From a virus (taxonomy: Duplodnaviria; Caudoviricetes), in IMG/VR virus record IMGVR_UViG_3300035208_005974, positions 1-64,000 of that record: a DNA stretch of 64,000 bases; one strand, written 5' to 3'. Positions within the stretch are counted from its first letter, which is position 1; each line of letters begins with the position of its first letter. Shown one piece after another: positions 18,564 to 27,996 of this stretch. The notes beneath the pieces were generated by a model, which did no database searches, was not told the DNA's origin, and saw only the letters and a list, made by a program, of their open reading frames with translations. Made by a program: the position numbers and the translations under genes.

Positions 18564-20438
18564 ATGCGAATACAAACAACTTTTGATCCGGATTTTGAAG
18601 AACTATACAATTATTATAATGTTACTGAAAAAGGCAAGGCATTACTAGACATCGAAGGTATATCCAGGAATGCTTTAGACATTGGAGTAATGAGCCAAAA
18701 ATATTTTACTAACAAAGTTTCTGATATTAGTTTAGATGCTAATTCAAATTCAAACGATGAAATTTCTCATAATAATTATTCTGCGGAAATTGTAAAAGGA
18801 TTAGCAAAATTAAATTCATATTATCTTTTACATGAATATTCTAGAAAGCGTTTTGGACTAGAACGAGCAAATGAACTTCTAAAAGCAATTTTTAATTCCA
18901 GTGTTTATTTTCACGATGCTGCATCAACCCAGATACCATATTGTATGGCATATTCTACATCATTTATAATGAATGAAGGTAGGAAATATGGCCAACTTCA
19001 TAGTATGCCGCCAAAGCGTGCTCATTCGTTTGTTGCCCAAGTAATCGAAACAACAATGGATTTGTCACAATCGTTTGCAGGTGCTATTGCGATATCAGAC
19101 CTAATTGTAAATCTTTGTTATTATACTAAGAAAGAAAATCTATCTGATTATCAAATAATTAATTTGTTACAGGGTTTTGTTCATGTAATGAGCAATAAGT
19201 TCAGGGTCGGCGGACAAAGCCCATTTACTAACGTTAGCATATTTGATAAGCCGAACTTAGAAAAACTTTTTGAACATTATACTTATCCCGATGGTACCGG
19301 CGTTGATTATGATTATGTGATACGGATTCAGAAGTTGTTTGCGGAGTGGTTTGCGGAAGGAGATCCAGTTAGCGGTATGCCATATCGCTTTCCGATAGTG
19401 ACCTTTAACATTGCTTGCCGAGAAGATAGATCTATTATTGATCAAGATTTTCTTGATTGGGTTTCGTGTGTTAATATAAAAAATGGTACGTTTAATTTAT
19501 ATATAAATACTGGAAATAAAATAGCTAGTTGTTGTAGACTAATTAATGATGAATCTCGTATGGAAGCAAGAGGAGATTCTTTTGGCAATGGTGGCCTGAA
19601 TTTAGGTTCTCATAGAGTTGTTACCGTAAACTTACCTAGAATTGCTTTGAAAGCTAATGGTAATCATGAAAAGTTCTTTGTTGATCTTACCAAGCAGTTA
19701 GAAATTTGCAGGGATCTTCTCATTGTGCATCGGGAAGAAATATTACAACGCAGGATCGATCAGGGGTTTTTGAAGTTCTTTAAGCCTTTGGGTTGGTTCA
19801 CGTTAAAACGATTATTTTCTACTATAGGCATAATTGGTATATATGAATGCTGTTGCTTCATGGGAATTGATATCAAGTCTGATGAAGGCATAAGTTTTGT
19901 AACAGAAGTATTGAACTTTATTGAGGATTTTGCTAAAGTTGCTAGTGAAGAAACAGGAAATTCTTTCAATGTTGAAGAAATTCCAGGTGAGTCGGTTGCT
20001 GTAAAACTTGTAGAAAAAGACAAGATATTATTTGGTGAAGATAAAATACCATTCAAACTATATAGCAATCAATACATACCATTGATTGTAGATGCACCTC
20101 TTCCCGAAAGAATATGCCTTACTGGAAAGTTCCAGGATATTTTGTCTGGCGGTGGAATACTTCATCTTAATGTTAGTGACCGAATAGAAGATCCAGTTGT
20201 TATGAAACATCTTATAGAATATTCTGTAAAGCACGGTGTTTCCCATATGGCTGTGAATTATTCTTTTGGCGAGTGCGAAGATGGTCATGTTACAGTTTGC
20301 GGAAATTCTGAAACTTGTCCAATTTGCAACAAGAAAATAATATCCCATATGACACGAGTTGTTGGCTACTTCACGACCACAACGTCATGGTCAAAAACTA
20401 GGCGTGAATACGAATTTCCGAGAAGAGTATTTTCTTAA
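18564..20438 (+). CDS. nrdD: Anaerobic (class III) ribonucleoside-triphosphate reductase
   Basis: YFHD, PYC, SCCRL, VNLPRIA, EEIPGES, C-terminal C..H/CPIC and glycyl-radical loop RVVGYF. Confidence 0.93.
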   Translation: MRIQTTFDPDFEELYNYYNVTEKGKALLDIEGISRNALDIGVMSQKYFTNKVSDISLDANSNSNDEISHNNYSAEIVKGLAKLNSYYLLHEYSRKRFGLERANELLKAIFNSSVYFHDAASTQIPYCMAYSTSFIMNEGRKYGQLHSMPPKRAHSFVAQVIETTMDLSQSFAGAIAISDLIVNLCYYTKKENLSDYQIINLLQGFVHVMSNKFRVGGQSPFTNVSIFDKPNLEKLFEHYTYPDGTGVDYDYVIRIQKLFAEWFAEGDPVSGMPYRFPIVTFNIACREDRSIIDQDFLDWVSCVNIKNGTFNLYINTGNKIASCCRLINDESRMEARGDSFGNGGLNLGSHRVVTVNLPRIALKANGNHEKFFVDLTKQLEICRDLLIVHREEILQRRIDQGFLKFFKPLGWFTLKRLFSTIGIIGIYECCCFMGIDIKSDEGISFVTEVLNFIEDFAKVASEETGNSFNVEEIPGESVAVKLVEKDKILFGEDKIPFKLYSNQYIPLIVDAPLPERICLTGKFQDILSGGGILHLNVSDRIEDPVVMKHLIEYSVKHGVSHMAVNYSFGECEDGHVTVCGNSETCPICNKKIISHMTRVVGYFTTTTSWSKTRREYEFPRRVFS

Positions 20439-20505
20439 TTTTTTCCCAACCAAAAAGTATATAACTATGATATGCCAAATACGTAGTTATGTTGGAAGGT
20501 CTAGA

Positions 20506-20775
20506 ATGATATCAGTTGATGAAATGTATGGTGCTGGCTTTACCATGATAGTGGAAGACATGGCTGCCTTGAATGACCTGGAACCACAAAGCCAAGAAGA
20601 AATAAATACAATGTTTGAAGAAATTCGCGAAGTTTTGAATAGACATAATTTGGATATTTGTATAGTTGCGTCTCAAGAAGACGCGAAACGATTCCAGGGT
20701 CGTTTATTAATTACGGACATGATTAATGCTGTTGACAAACTATGTAAGGAAGGTTCGGAGATGACCCATGAATGA
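20506..20775 (+). CDS. Hypothetical protein
   Basis: Promoter motif at 20448; RBS before ATG 20506. Confidence 0.55.
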   Translation: MISVDEMYGAGFTMIVEDMAALNDLEPQSQEEINTMFEEIREVLNRHNLDICIVASQEDAKRFQGRLLITDMINAVDKLCKEGSEMTHE

Positions 20776-21091
20776 AGAAAGATTACTAGAAAAAATAAAG
20801 AATCAATGTAAAAGACAATTAGTTACCGTCGACATGTTACTTGAAGGAAAATCCTTTCAAAGTAGCGAAAAAGTTATAAACGATATACAAAAACTCGTGT
20901 CGGATGGTAAACTATACACAAAATCGTGTTGTAACGGAGGTCGATTTGAAACACGTTTGCTAGTTACTGGCGAGGAAGTAATTGAATTTGCACCTAACCA
21001 AAAAAAGGTTCGGAAAACCTCTAAAAGTAATCACAAGAAAACAAAAAGAATAATATCTAAAACCAAAAGGAAAAGGAGCTTAGTACAATAA
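20768..21091 (+). CDS. Putative winged-helix DNA-binding protein with basic tail
   Basis: VINDIQKLVSDGKL helix-wing pattern; Lys/Arg-rich C-terminus. Confidence 0.45.
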   Translation: MNEERLLEKIKNQCKRQLVTVDMLLEGKSFQSSEKVINDIQKLVSDGKLYTKSCCNGGRFETRLLVTGEEVIEFAPNQKKVRKTSKSNHKKTKRIISKTKRKRSLVQ

Positions 21092-21179
21092 TATCTAGAA
21101 AATAGCTTCATGGTTAGCCGCATAGACATATAGATTTATAATTTTTTATTTTATTTTTTAAACGTTTCGTGGTGTTACA

Positions 21180-22577
21180 ATGAGTATGCAAGATTTTACA
21201 GAAACAGATCTCGAAGAATGTTTTGAACGTAATCCTAAAAGCAAAGGGATTACTGCAATTAATTATCACAACTTGGCAAAATTAATCATAAAAAATGTTC
21301 CAGTTGCCACAATAATAGAAACAAAAACGATGATGACCTACGTCAAAGGACATTACGTGGAAAATGGTGAAGAAGTAATTCATAAAATTTTAGTTGAATT
21401 GCTTGGACCGCGTGTAAAAGAAAATGGGCAAACTTGCTATAATGCCCACGTCCTAAAAGAAGTTCTTGGTATAATACAAGGCTTAACATATGTGGAATCA
21501 AAAAAGTTTGATAATAACTTAGATATTATAAATTGTCTGAATGGTTACCTCAATTGGCGAACTGGCGTATTAGAACCACATAGATCAACTTATTATTCTA
21601 GAATTCAAATCAACGTTAAATATGATCCAAATGCCCAGTGTCCAAACATAATTAAGATGTTTCAGACGGTTCTTCGTGAAGAAGATTTCAGGAAGGCCCT
21701 GGAATTCATTGGATATTGTTTGTACCGGGCGTATCCTATCCAGAAAGCATTTATATTGCTGGGACCAGGCGGTACTGGTAAATCTCACTTTATTGATACG
21801 GTTTGTAAAATGCTAGGCGAAGATAACATATCTTCTGTTTCAATGCATGATTTGGAAAAAGATAGATTCGCGACGTCCGACTTATACTGCAAACTATTGA
21901 ATTCCTTTGGCGACATGGAACAATCAACGCTTCCAAATGTAAATATTCTTAAAATGCTAACCTCTAACAAAGATGTGATACGTGCACAAAGAAAGGGCGA
22001 AAGAGCCTTCGATTTTATATCGTTTGCAAAACAAATTTTTGGATCTAATAAATTGCCGAGAGTTCGCGATGATACTACTGGGTTTTATAGACGTATAGAA
22101 ATAATTCCGTTTGAGCATGTTTTTACCCAGCAGGAAATAGAAGAAAGCGAAAATGAAAATTTGCTAGAAAAAGTAATGAGCCCAGGCGAATTGTCGGGAC
22201 TTCTTAATCTGGTTTTACCTCACTTGGATGCATTGTTGGACAGAGGCTACTTCCATAATAGCTTTACTACCACTACTGCAAAAGATAGGTATAAAAAAGC
22301 AAGTGAACCTGTTTCAACGTTCATTGAATTGCATTTAGAAGAAGTCGCTGATGTTTATGTCTCGAAGCAAACCATCTATAATGAGTTTGTGAAGTTTTGT
22401 AAGTTAAATGAAATCGAGCCAATGCATCACGTGCCGTTCGGGAAAGTTCTGAAAAAGTTGTTGCCTTGGTATCAAACAGCGATACGTGGACCGGACGATT
22501 CTATGGCATGTATGTGGCCTGATAATTATAGACATCCAGTAATATTGAATACTATTTTAAAACCAGTAAAAGTATAA
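21180..22577 (+). CDS. D5-like / P4-family SF3 helicase (no N-terminal primase domain recognised)
   Basis: D5_N INCLNGYLNW, Walker A GPGGTGKS, FGSNKLP, GFYRRIEIIPF, C-terminal wHTH. Confidence 0.88.
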   Translation: MSMQDFTETDLEECFERNPKSKGITAINYHNLAKLIIKNVPVATIIETKTMMTYVKGHYVENGEEVIHKILVELLGPRVKENGQTCYNAHVLKEVLGIIQGLTYVESKKFDNNLDIINCLNGYLNWRTGVLEPHRSTYYSRIQINVKYDPNAQCPNIIKMFQTVLREEDFRKALEFIGYCLYRAYPIQKAFILLGPGGTGKSHFIDTVCKMLGEDNISSVSMHDLEKDRFATSDLYCKLLNSFGDMEQSTLPNVNILKMLTSNKDVIRAQRKGERAFDFISFAKQIFGSNKLPRVRDDTTGFYRRIEIIPFEHVFTQQEIEESENENLLEKVMSPGELSGLLNLVLPHLDALLDRGYFHNSFTTTTAKDRYKKASEPVSTFIELHLEEVADVYVSKQTIYNEFVKFCKLNEIEPMHHVPFGKVLKKLLPWYQTAIRGPDDSMACMWPDNYRHPVILNTILKPVKV

Positions 22578-22834
22578 GTATAGTATTATTTTTTATTTTT
22601 TTTATTTTTTTCTTCTTGTTTTCAACCAAAACTATTTTATAGTATAATCAACTATGTATTAGTTGGTGAAATCAAATGAATCTAAATTATAGATTAGTTA
22701 CGCTAGAAAAAGATGGTACTGTTGTCAGGTCGCCTAATTTTAATACCATCGAAGATGTTGAATTTGGTCAATTATTTTTGTCAGAAGGGTTGTATGACAG
22801 TGTTTGGATTGAAGTACTTAGATGAGGAACAAGT

Positions 22835-23176
22835 ATGCGAGAAGTAAAAGTTGGTAAGGATGGTGTTGTGCCAATTCTAGATACAAAAAAGTTGTATATC
22901 CTGGAAGTACATTTTCGGGATGTATATAATGGAAATTTACGGTTAGAACCTCATTATTATATATGCATTACTGGTTGGGATGGTTTTACACGTTTTGTGA
23001 ACAATAGTATTATACATAGTGATAGTGGATTTGTTAGTGATTCTATTCAAAAATGTGTGAAAAAGGCGTTGGTAGAAAGTCATTCACATTATTCATCAAA
23101 AGTCTACGAATTCAATGACGTACAAGAATTTGAAAAAGAGAAAAACGTTAAGTTGTGTATTGATATTAAAAGATAA
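22835..23176 (+). CDS. Hypothetical protein
   Basis: RBS GAGG; followed by an oligo-T tract. Confidence 0.55.
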   Translation: MREVKVGKDGVVPILDTKKLYILEVHFRDVYNGNLRLEPHYYICITGWDGFTRFVNNSIIHSDSGFVSDSIQKCVKKALVESHSHYSSKVYEFNDVQEFEKEKNVKLCIDIKR

Positions 23177-23192
23177 TAATATTTTTTTGCTT

Positions 23193-23486
23193 TTATTTTT
23201 TTGCCCAAAATATTTTTTTGAATCCAAACTGTTCTAGAACATGTTGACACTTTGGGCATGGTTTAGCAAGCATACCGCCCTTTCTATGAATGTATATGTA
23301 GTTTCCGATGGTGTCACTGAAGTTTAGACCAGCCAGACAATCTACTTCCGCATGTACGCTAATGTACGGTATCCTGTACTTGTAGATTGTAGTCGGATTT
23401 CGGGATTTAATGATTCTTCTATTATAGCCAATATTTATAACTCGTCCACTATTATTGAAAATGATTGCTGACATTTGTTGGTTCAT
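23193..23486 (-). CDS. Zinc-dependent cytidine/dCMP deaminase family protein
   Basis: GYN, HAE and PCPKC motifs; frame extends upstream to 23543. Confidence 0.8.
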   Translation of the reverse strand: MNQQMSAIIFNNSGRVINIGYNRRIIKSRNPTTIYKYRIPYISVHAEVDCLAGLNFSDTIGNYIYIHRKGGMLAKPCPKCQHVLEQFGFKKIFWAKK

Positions 23487-23547
23487 TTCTGACTTGAGAC
23501 ATATTTTTTCCGCGAGTTTTACAATGTGGTCAGGAACGGTCTTCTAT

Positions 23548-23655
23548 CTAGATTCCTCCAAGAAGTTCGAATTTATGTTTACTTTTAGTACATTCCTTTA
23601 TTATGGGGGCTATGTTATATGTCAGGATTTCTATGAATTCTTTATCTATTTCCAT
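23548..23655 (-). pseudogene. Truncated third copy of the tandem paralog family
   Basis: MEIDKEFIEILTYNIAPIIKECTKSKHK aligns with the N-termini of the next two ORFs; RBS AGGAGGT. Confidence 0.55.
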
Positions 23656-23667
23656 GTTAACCTCCTT

Positions 23668-24003
23668 TTATATGTATGTCACAATTTCATATTTTATACA
23701 GTCTAGATTTAATGAATCATTTATGATATATTCTGATTTATTTATTCTAATTTGATTCTGTTCAGTTATGGAAATTACGTATGTATAATATCGTTTTTCA
23801 TTGTCAACTTCATAATATTTTGATCGAATACACAATATATCAAGATCTTGATATAGATCACAAGTTCTTATAATACCAATCCTAATTGAATGTAAGGCGT
23901 GGGCTAGCTTTATGTTTTTCATGCCTTGTGAACTATTTGCAACTTCTTGGATAACTGGTATTATTTCTTTTAATATTATATCATCAAATTCATTATTAGA
24001 CAT
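23668..24003 (-). CDS. Hypothetical protein, tandem paralog B (111 aa)
   Basis: RBS GGAGGT; shares F..IL..I...I.E..NS...NIKL..L and DN..YY with paralog A. Confidence 0.6.
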   Translation of the reverse strand: MSNNEFDDIILKEIIPVIQEVANSSQGMKNIKLAHALHSIRIGIIRTCDLYQDLDILCIRSKYYEVDNEKRYYTYVISITEQNQIRINKSEYIINDSLNLDCIKYEIVTYI

Positions 24004-24047
24004 TCATACCTCCTTCATAATTTTTATTATCATGCAGTTATATTTCT

Positions 24048-24383
24048 TCATTCTGTGTTTATTAATAATTCATATTCAAATGTATTACGAGATCTCAATG
24101 AAGCTTCTTGAATCCTAAATAATATATTTTGGTTTCTTGATGTATAAAATTTAGCAGAATAATAATATTTGTTATCTTTTTCTTTGTATATATTAGAAAG
24201 TATAGATATTGATCCCCATATACTTTCTATGTGGTAATCAAGAATTTCATTATTTCTCAATAATGTTTGAAGAGTTTCATGTAATTTTATATTATTTAGT
24301 TTATGTTTACTATTACTTGATTCTCTTATAGCAATTCCAACATTTTCTAATATTTCTTTGAAATGGTCATTTAGTTTTTTCAT
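24048..24383 (-). CDS. Hypothetical protein, tandem paralog A (111 aa)
   Basis: RBS GGAGG; same pattern as paralog B. Confidence 0.6.
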   Translation of the reverse strand: MKKLNDHFKEILENVGIAIRESSNSKHKLNNIKLHETLQTLLRNNEILDYHIESIWGSISILSNIYKEKDNKYYYSAKFYTSRNQNILFRIQEASLRSRNTFEYELLINTE

Positions 24384-24478
24384 ATCTATCCTCCTTTATA
24401 ATTGTTATTAGAAGAAGAAAAAAGATGATTTTCCTTCCTCCTTTGTGTTGGGCAGAGTACTAAATACGTGATCAATAT

Positions 24479-24928
24479 TTATAGTTTTTGGTTAACGTTA
24501 GTTAGGTATTGTAGTGCTTTATCGTATTTTTCTTTTAGTCTTGCTTGAACCTCTTCCGGCAAGCAATTCATTCTACTTTCAGATGTATTATCTTCTATAT
24601 CTACTAGTTTAACTAGTCTTGCATCACCGCTCGATTCATCTAAGATGCGTTGCCAATATGTTTCATTGGGTTCATTTTTTAGGTGAGTCAATGCTACAAC
24701 AGCGGTTATCATATCATCAGGCATTCCAATGTCATGAAGGTCCTTAATGGTTGTATCCGTATCTTCTAGTAGGTCGTGGCAAATTGCGATGCATTTTTGG
24801 TTTTCTGTTGTCAGGTTTTTATTAAGCATAATTCTTAGTGGATGATAAATATACGGCAATCCTGCTTTGTCTAGTTGTCCGGAGTGCTTATATGTCGCAA
24901 ATATTATGCAATGGTCGAGTAATTTCAT
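24479..24928 (-). CDS. HD-domain phosphohydrolase (SpoT/Mesh1-like small alarmone hydrolase fold)
   Basis: HSGQLDKAGLPYIYHP, HDLLEDT and VKLVDIEDN motifs; TATA promoter just upstream (leaderless). Confidence 0.85.
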   Translation of the reverse strand: MKLLDHCIIFATYKHSGQLDKAGLPYIYHPLRIMLNKNLTTENQKCIAICHDLLEDTDTTIKDLHDIGMPDDMITAVVALTHLKNEPNETYWQRILDESSGDARLVKLVDIEDNTSESRMNCLPEEVQARLKEKYDKALQYLTNVNQKL

Positions 24929-25025
24929 AAAAACGTATTGTAATTAATAGTATTTAAAATTTTTGGTACACAAAAGGTTGCTATAAAAAAGTTTTAGTAG
25001 TAATAAATTTACTACTATTTTTTGT

Positions 25026-25406
25026 TTATTCGGCAGCAATTGTTACTTTTATAAATTTTTCTGGTTTATGAATAACAATGTTAATCCATTCATAAATATC
25101 GCATATGCTTTTACCATTACCAATATAGCGTGGTGTTGGATCTTCATATGCATATTTTTTTTCCTGTGTGTGTGGATGGTTTGGTTTATCGAGTTCATCG
25201 ATTTGATAGCCGCAATCATTACAAAATGCTTGATAGACGGTTTTGTTTGTTTTATATAGACCACTTGTTTCAATCCCTAGTTCTTTTCTTGGAAGTAGTC
25301 TTCTAACAATAAGTTCGTCCATGCAACATTCTATATATTCTGCAAAATTTTTTGGCTCAGTACTTTGTGTATAACTCATTTTTGTATTCTCCTTATTTTT
25401 ATTCAA
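25026..25406 (-). CDS. Hypothetical protein
   Basis: ORF with CxxC, coupled to the upstream minus-strand gene. Confidence 0.5.
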   Translation of the reverse strand: MNKNKENTKMSYTQSTEPKNFAEYIECCMDELIVRRLLPRKELGIETSGLYKTNKTVYQAFCNDCGYQIDELDKPNHPHTQEKKYAYEDPTPRYIGNGKSICDIYEWINIVIHKPEKFIKVTIAAE

Positions 25407-26061
25407 CGATTATTTTCATAATACTATTTCGTTCATGTACTTCAATACATACATATTCCATTAATTTTAAAAATTTTGATTTTGTTAATATTAGTGCTGG
25501 CTGTTGTGATATTACAAATTCTACATTATACATATTATTTGATATTAAATAATACGTATTTTCTGGTATATTAATATTATCATATAAATCAAATTCTGTT
25601 ATTTCATTTTTCATGCTTGTAACGTTTTGTCCAATAATAGTATTTGGTTTAATAGAACTTTGTGAAAACATAGAAAAGTATTTATTTATGTTATTTATAC
25701 TATCTAGTAAATTGTTTGTTTTGATTGTGTTTCTTGAAGAATTTTCGATGGTATTTATAAATAGTTTTTCTTCATCATTTTTAATATGTTCAATGCAAGT
25801 CATTAAGTCTTTTGAAAAATTACTTGATAATGGTTCAAAAAAGTATTGTAATGCATGCATTGTATAATAGTTTCTTTGTTCTTTATTTGTTTTTATATTT
25901 ATCGAAGTTACAATATCGTCTTTATTTGATACAGTTTTTGGATCTAATGAAATGTTTTTAACATTTCCAATATTTCTAATATATAATATTTTTCTCGGTA
26001 ATGATTCAATGGTGTTTATATGTCCGATAACAATTTCATTATTCATTATTATTTCTCCCAT
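25399..26061 (-). CDS. Hypothetical protein (very AT-rich)
   Basis: 220-aa ORF. Confidence 0.5.
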   Translation of the reverse strand: MGEIIMNNEIVIGHINTIESLPRKILYIRNIGNVKNISLDPKTVSNKDDIVTSINIKTNKEQRNYYTMHALQYFFEPLSSNFSKDLMTCIEHIKNDEEKLFINTIENSSRNTIKTNNLLDSINNINKYFSMFSQSSIKPNTIIGQNVTSMKNEITEFDLYDNINIPENTYYLISNNMYNVEFVISQQPALILTKSKFLKLMEYVCIEVHERNSIMKIIVE

Positions 26062-26134
26062 ATGTTCTTAATGATTAGAATTCATTATAAAATAGTGGTG
26101 TTATTTTCTAGTCAAGTTTTAACTATATAGTTTT

Positions 26135-26806
26135 TTACTTATTACTATATATAGTTTTTGGTTGTTCATTGCTATCATAAAGGGTAGCATTACCGTTTTC
26201 TATTGCCACGTACCGATAGCGATCTGGGCCGAATCCTTTTGTGCAATATGGATCAACACTAACTAGGTTTTGGGAATCAAAACCACTTTTTTCTATCCAT
26301 TCGGGTGGTGTATGTCCAACTATTTGCATGATAGGTAGTGGTGGATTTTTGTTGGTTGGTCTATACCATAATGGACTATTATCGCACCACAAGTCTTCTA
26401 GTTTCAATCTATTTAGATATTGCACTAACTGCGGTATTCTATAATTTGTATTTATGTCCATATCCTGTATGAATTTTTCTGATAGCCCTGCGTGTGTTAT
26501 CAATATGTTGTCAACGTTTGTGGATATTTTAAAAAAACTACTATGATTTGCAATAACGTGTTTTGCTTCTTGTTCCCATGAATTTTGTGGCCATATTGTG
26601 CGGTTAATGGCCGCGGCTGCATCATGATTTCCCCATAATAGTTCGGCGTTATTTTCTTTTAGAATATCGAAACACATTATTGGATCTGGACCGATGTCCA
26701 AAATATCTCCGGAAAAAATCAGGCTGTCCCAATTTTTTGCGTGATTCAACGCATTGGTTATAAGGTGTGGTTGTCCATGACAATCCGCTATTATTATTGT
26801 TTTCAC
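26135..26806 (-). CDS. Calcineurin-like metallophosphoesterase
   Basis: ADCHG, GDILDIG, GNHD, THAG and VGHTP motifs. GTG start at 26806 chosen because it lies downstream of the minus-strand promoter. Confidence 0.88.
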   Translation of the reverse strand: MKTIIIADCHGQPHLITNALNHAKNWDSLIFSGDILDIGPDPIMCFDILKENNAELLWGNHDAAAAINRTIWPQNSWEQEAKHVIANHSSFFKISTNVDNILITHAGLSEKFIQDMDINTNYRIPQLVQYLNRLKLEDLWCDNSPLWYRPTNKNPPLPIMQIVGHTPPEWIEKSGFDSQNLVSVDPYCTKGFGPDRYRYVAIENGNATLYDSNEQPKTIYSNK

Positions 26807-26829
26807 AAAGTTTATATGGGATGTTTTGG

Positions 26830-26875
26830 TATAAGTACTTTTTGGTTTATACAAGAACCAAAAACTATAAATAAC
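26830..26875. promoter_or_regulatory. Back-to-back divergent BRE-TATA promoters
   Basis: tataagtactttttggtt (minus) and aaccaaaaactataaata (plus). Confidence 0.65.
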
Positions 26876-27030
26876 ATTATGGTTAATATGTATTTATGAC
26901 AAGTACTCCCTTGAGTGAAGCAATCAATAATACGTTGTTTGCTTATAATAGTGAAATTAAGGCAAACTATTCAGGATTTGCTGGTATTTGGAGTCCAAAA
27001 AATTTAGTAAAAGTCTGGAGGACGATATAA

Positions 27031-27312
27031 GTGGTAGATGAATATAATACTATAAAAGTATATATAAACAACGAAATGTATGTTATTAACATGGATGCTG
27101 ATTTTGTATCAGAAAAAAGCACGTGGGAAGAATTCATAAAAGAAATACAAGAAGAAAATGAAATAATAAAAGCTACATTAGATTTAATAGATGAAAAATA
27201 TATAACTTGTGTGATTGACGGGAATACAAAAGAATCGTCTGAAAGTTTGCTGAAGACACAGTGCAAGGATAACGAAAAAGCAATTGAATACATAAAAAGT
27301 AAATTGGAGTGA
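27031..27312 (+). CDS. Hypothetical acidic protein
   Basis: RBS GGAGG. Confidence 0.5.
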   Translation: MVDEYNTIKVYINNEMYVINMDADFVSEKSTWEEFIKEIQEENEIIKATLDLIDEKYITCVIDGNTKESSESLLKTQCKDNEKAIEYIKSKLE

Positions 27313-27519
27313 TGATTAGTATGGAAATTTTTAATCCTATATTCTGTGTAGTAATGGTGGTGTTTATTTTAACAGGGTTGCGTGGATATAATAAGTACGA
27401 TAGTAGTTGGTATCGCCTTTTAAATGATCTTTTGTTTATGATTGGACTATTGGGATTCGTGACGTATTTGCAATGGTGACCAAAAACTATTTAAATAGAA
27501 AATCATAAAGGAGTAAACC

Positions 27520-27924
27520 ATGATTATTCTAGAAAATGGAAAACCTGTTGGATGCACGCAAAATGTATATGACCTGCCAGTGTATTGCAAGGATTGTGAA
27601 TTGAGAAATACAGTATCTTGTACCGTAAATGGATATGATGCGGAACAAAAACTAGATCCTATTTACGAGAACACCGCTAAAGCTATTGGAAACCTTGTTG
27701 CTGAAAAGCAACTACAATACGGCAATTCATTTGGAAATGCTGGAAAGGTCTTAAAGGTTTTGTATCCAAATGGAATTTCCGTTGACCAAATGGAAGATGC
27801 TTTGGTGGTTGTACGTATCGTTGACAAACTTTTTCGAGTAGCAAATAATAATATGGGCGAGGAAGACGCCTTTCAAGACATAACTGGATATGGGTTGTTG
27901 GCGGTAGTTCGGAACAAACGGTGA
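27520..27924 (+). CDS. DUF1599 / nucleotide-modification-associated domain 1 (Nmad1)-like protein
   Basis: EKQLQYGNSF ... DKLFR ... DAFQDITGYGLL all-helical motif set. Confidence 0.6.
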   Translation: MIILENGKPVGCTQNVYDLPVYCKDCELRNTVSCTVNGYDAEQKLDPIYENTAKAIGNLVAEKQLQYGNSFGNAGKVLKVLYPNGISVDQMEDALVVVRIVDKLFRVANNNMGEEDAFQDITGYGLLAVVRNKR

Positions 27925-27996
27925 TGATATGTATAGGTTAACAGAATCAAATATCGTCCAAAAAGTATAAATAGATAGAAGTCATAATAACATAAC

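Noticed and set aside
22835-23176. Possible paralogy with the 62089-62445 ORF
   Set aside because: Only a vague N- and C-terminal pattern; cannot be supported without a profile alignment.
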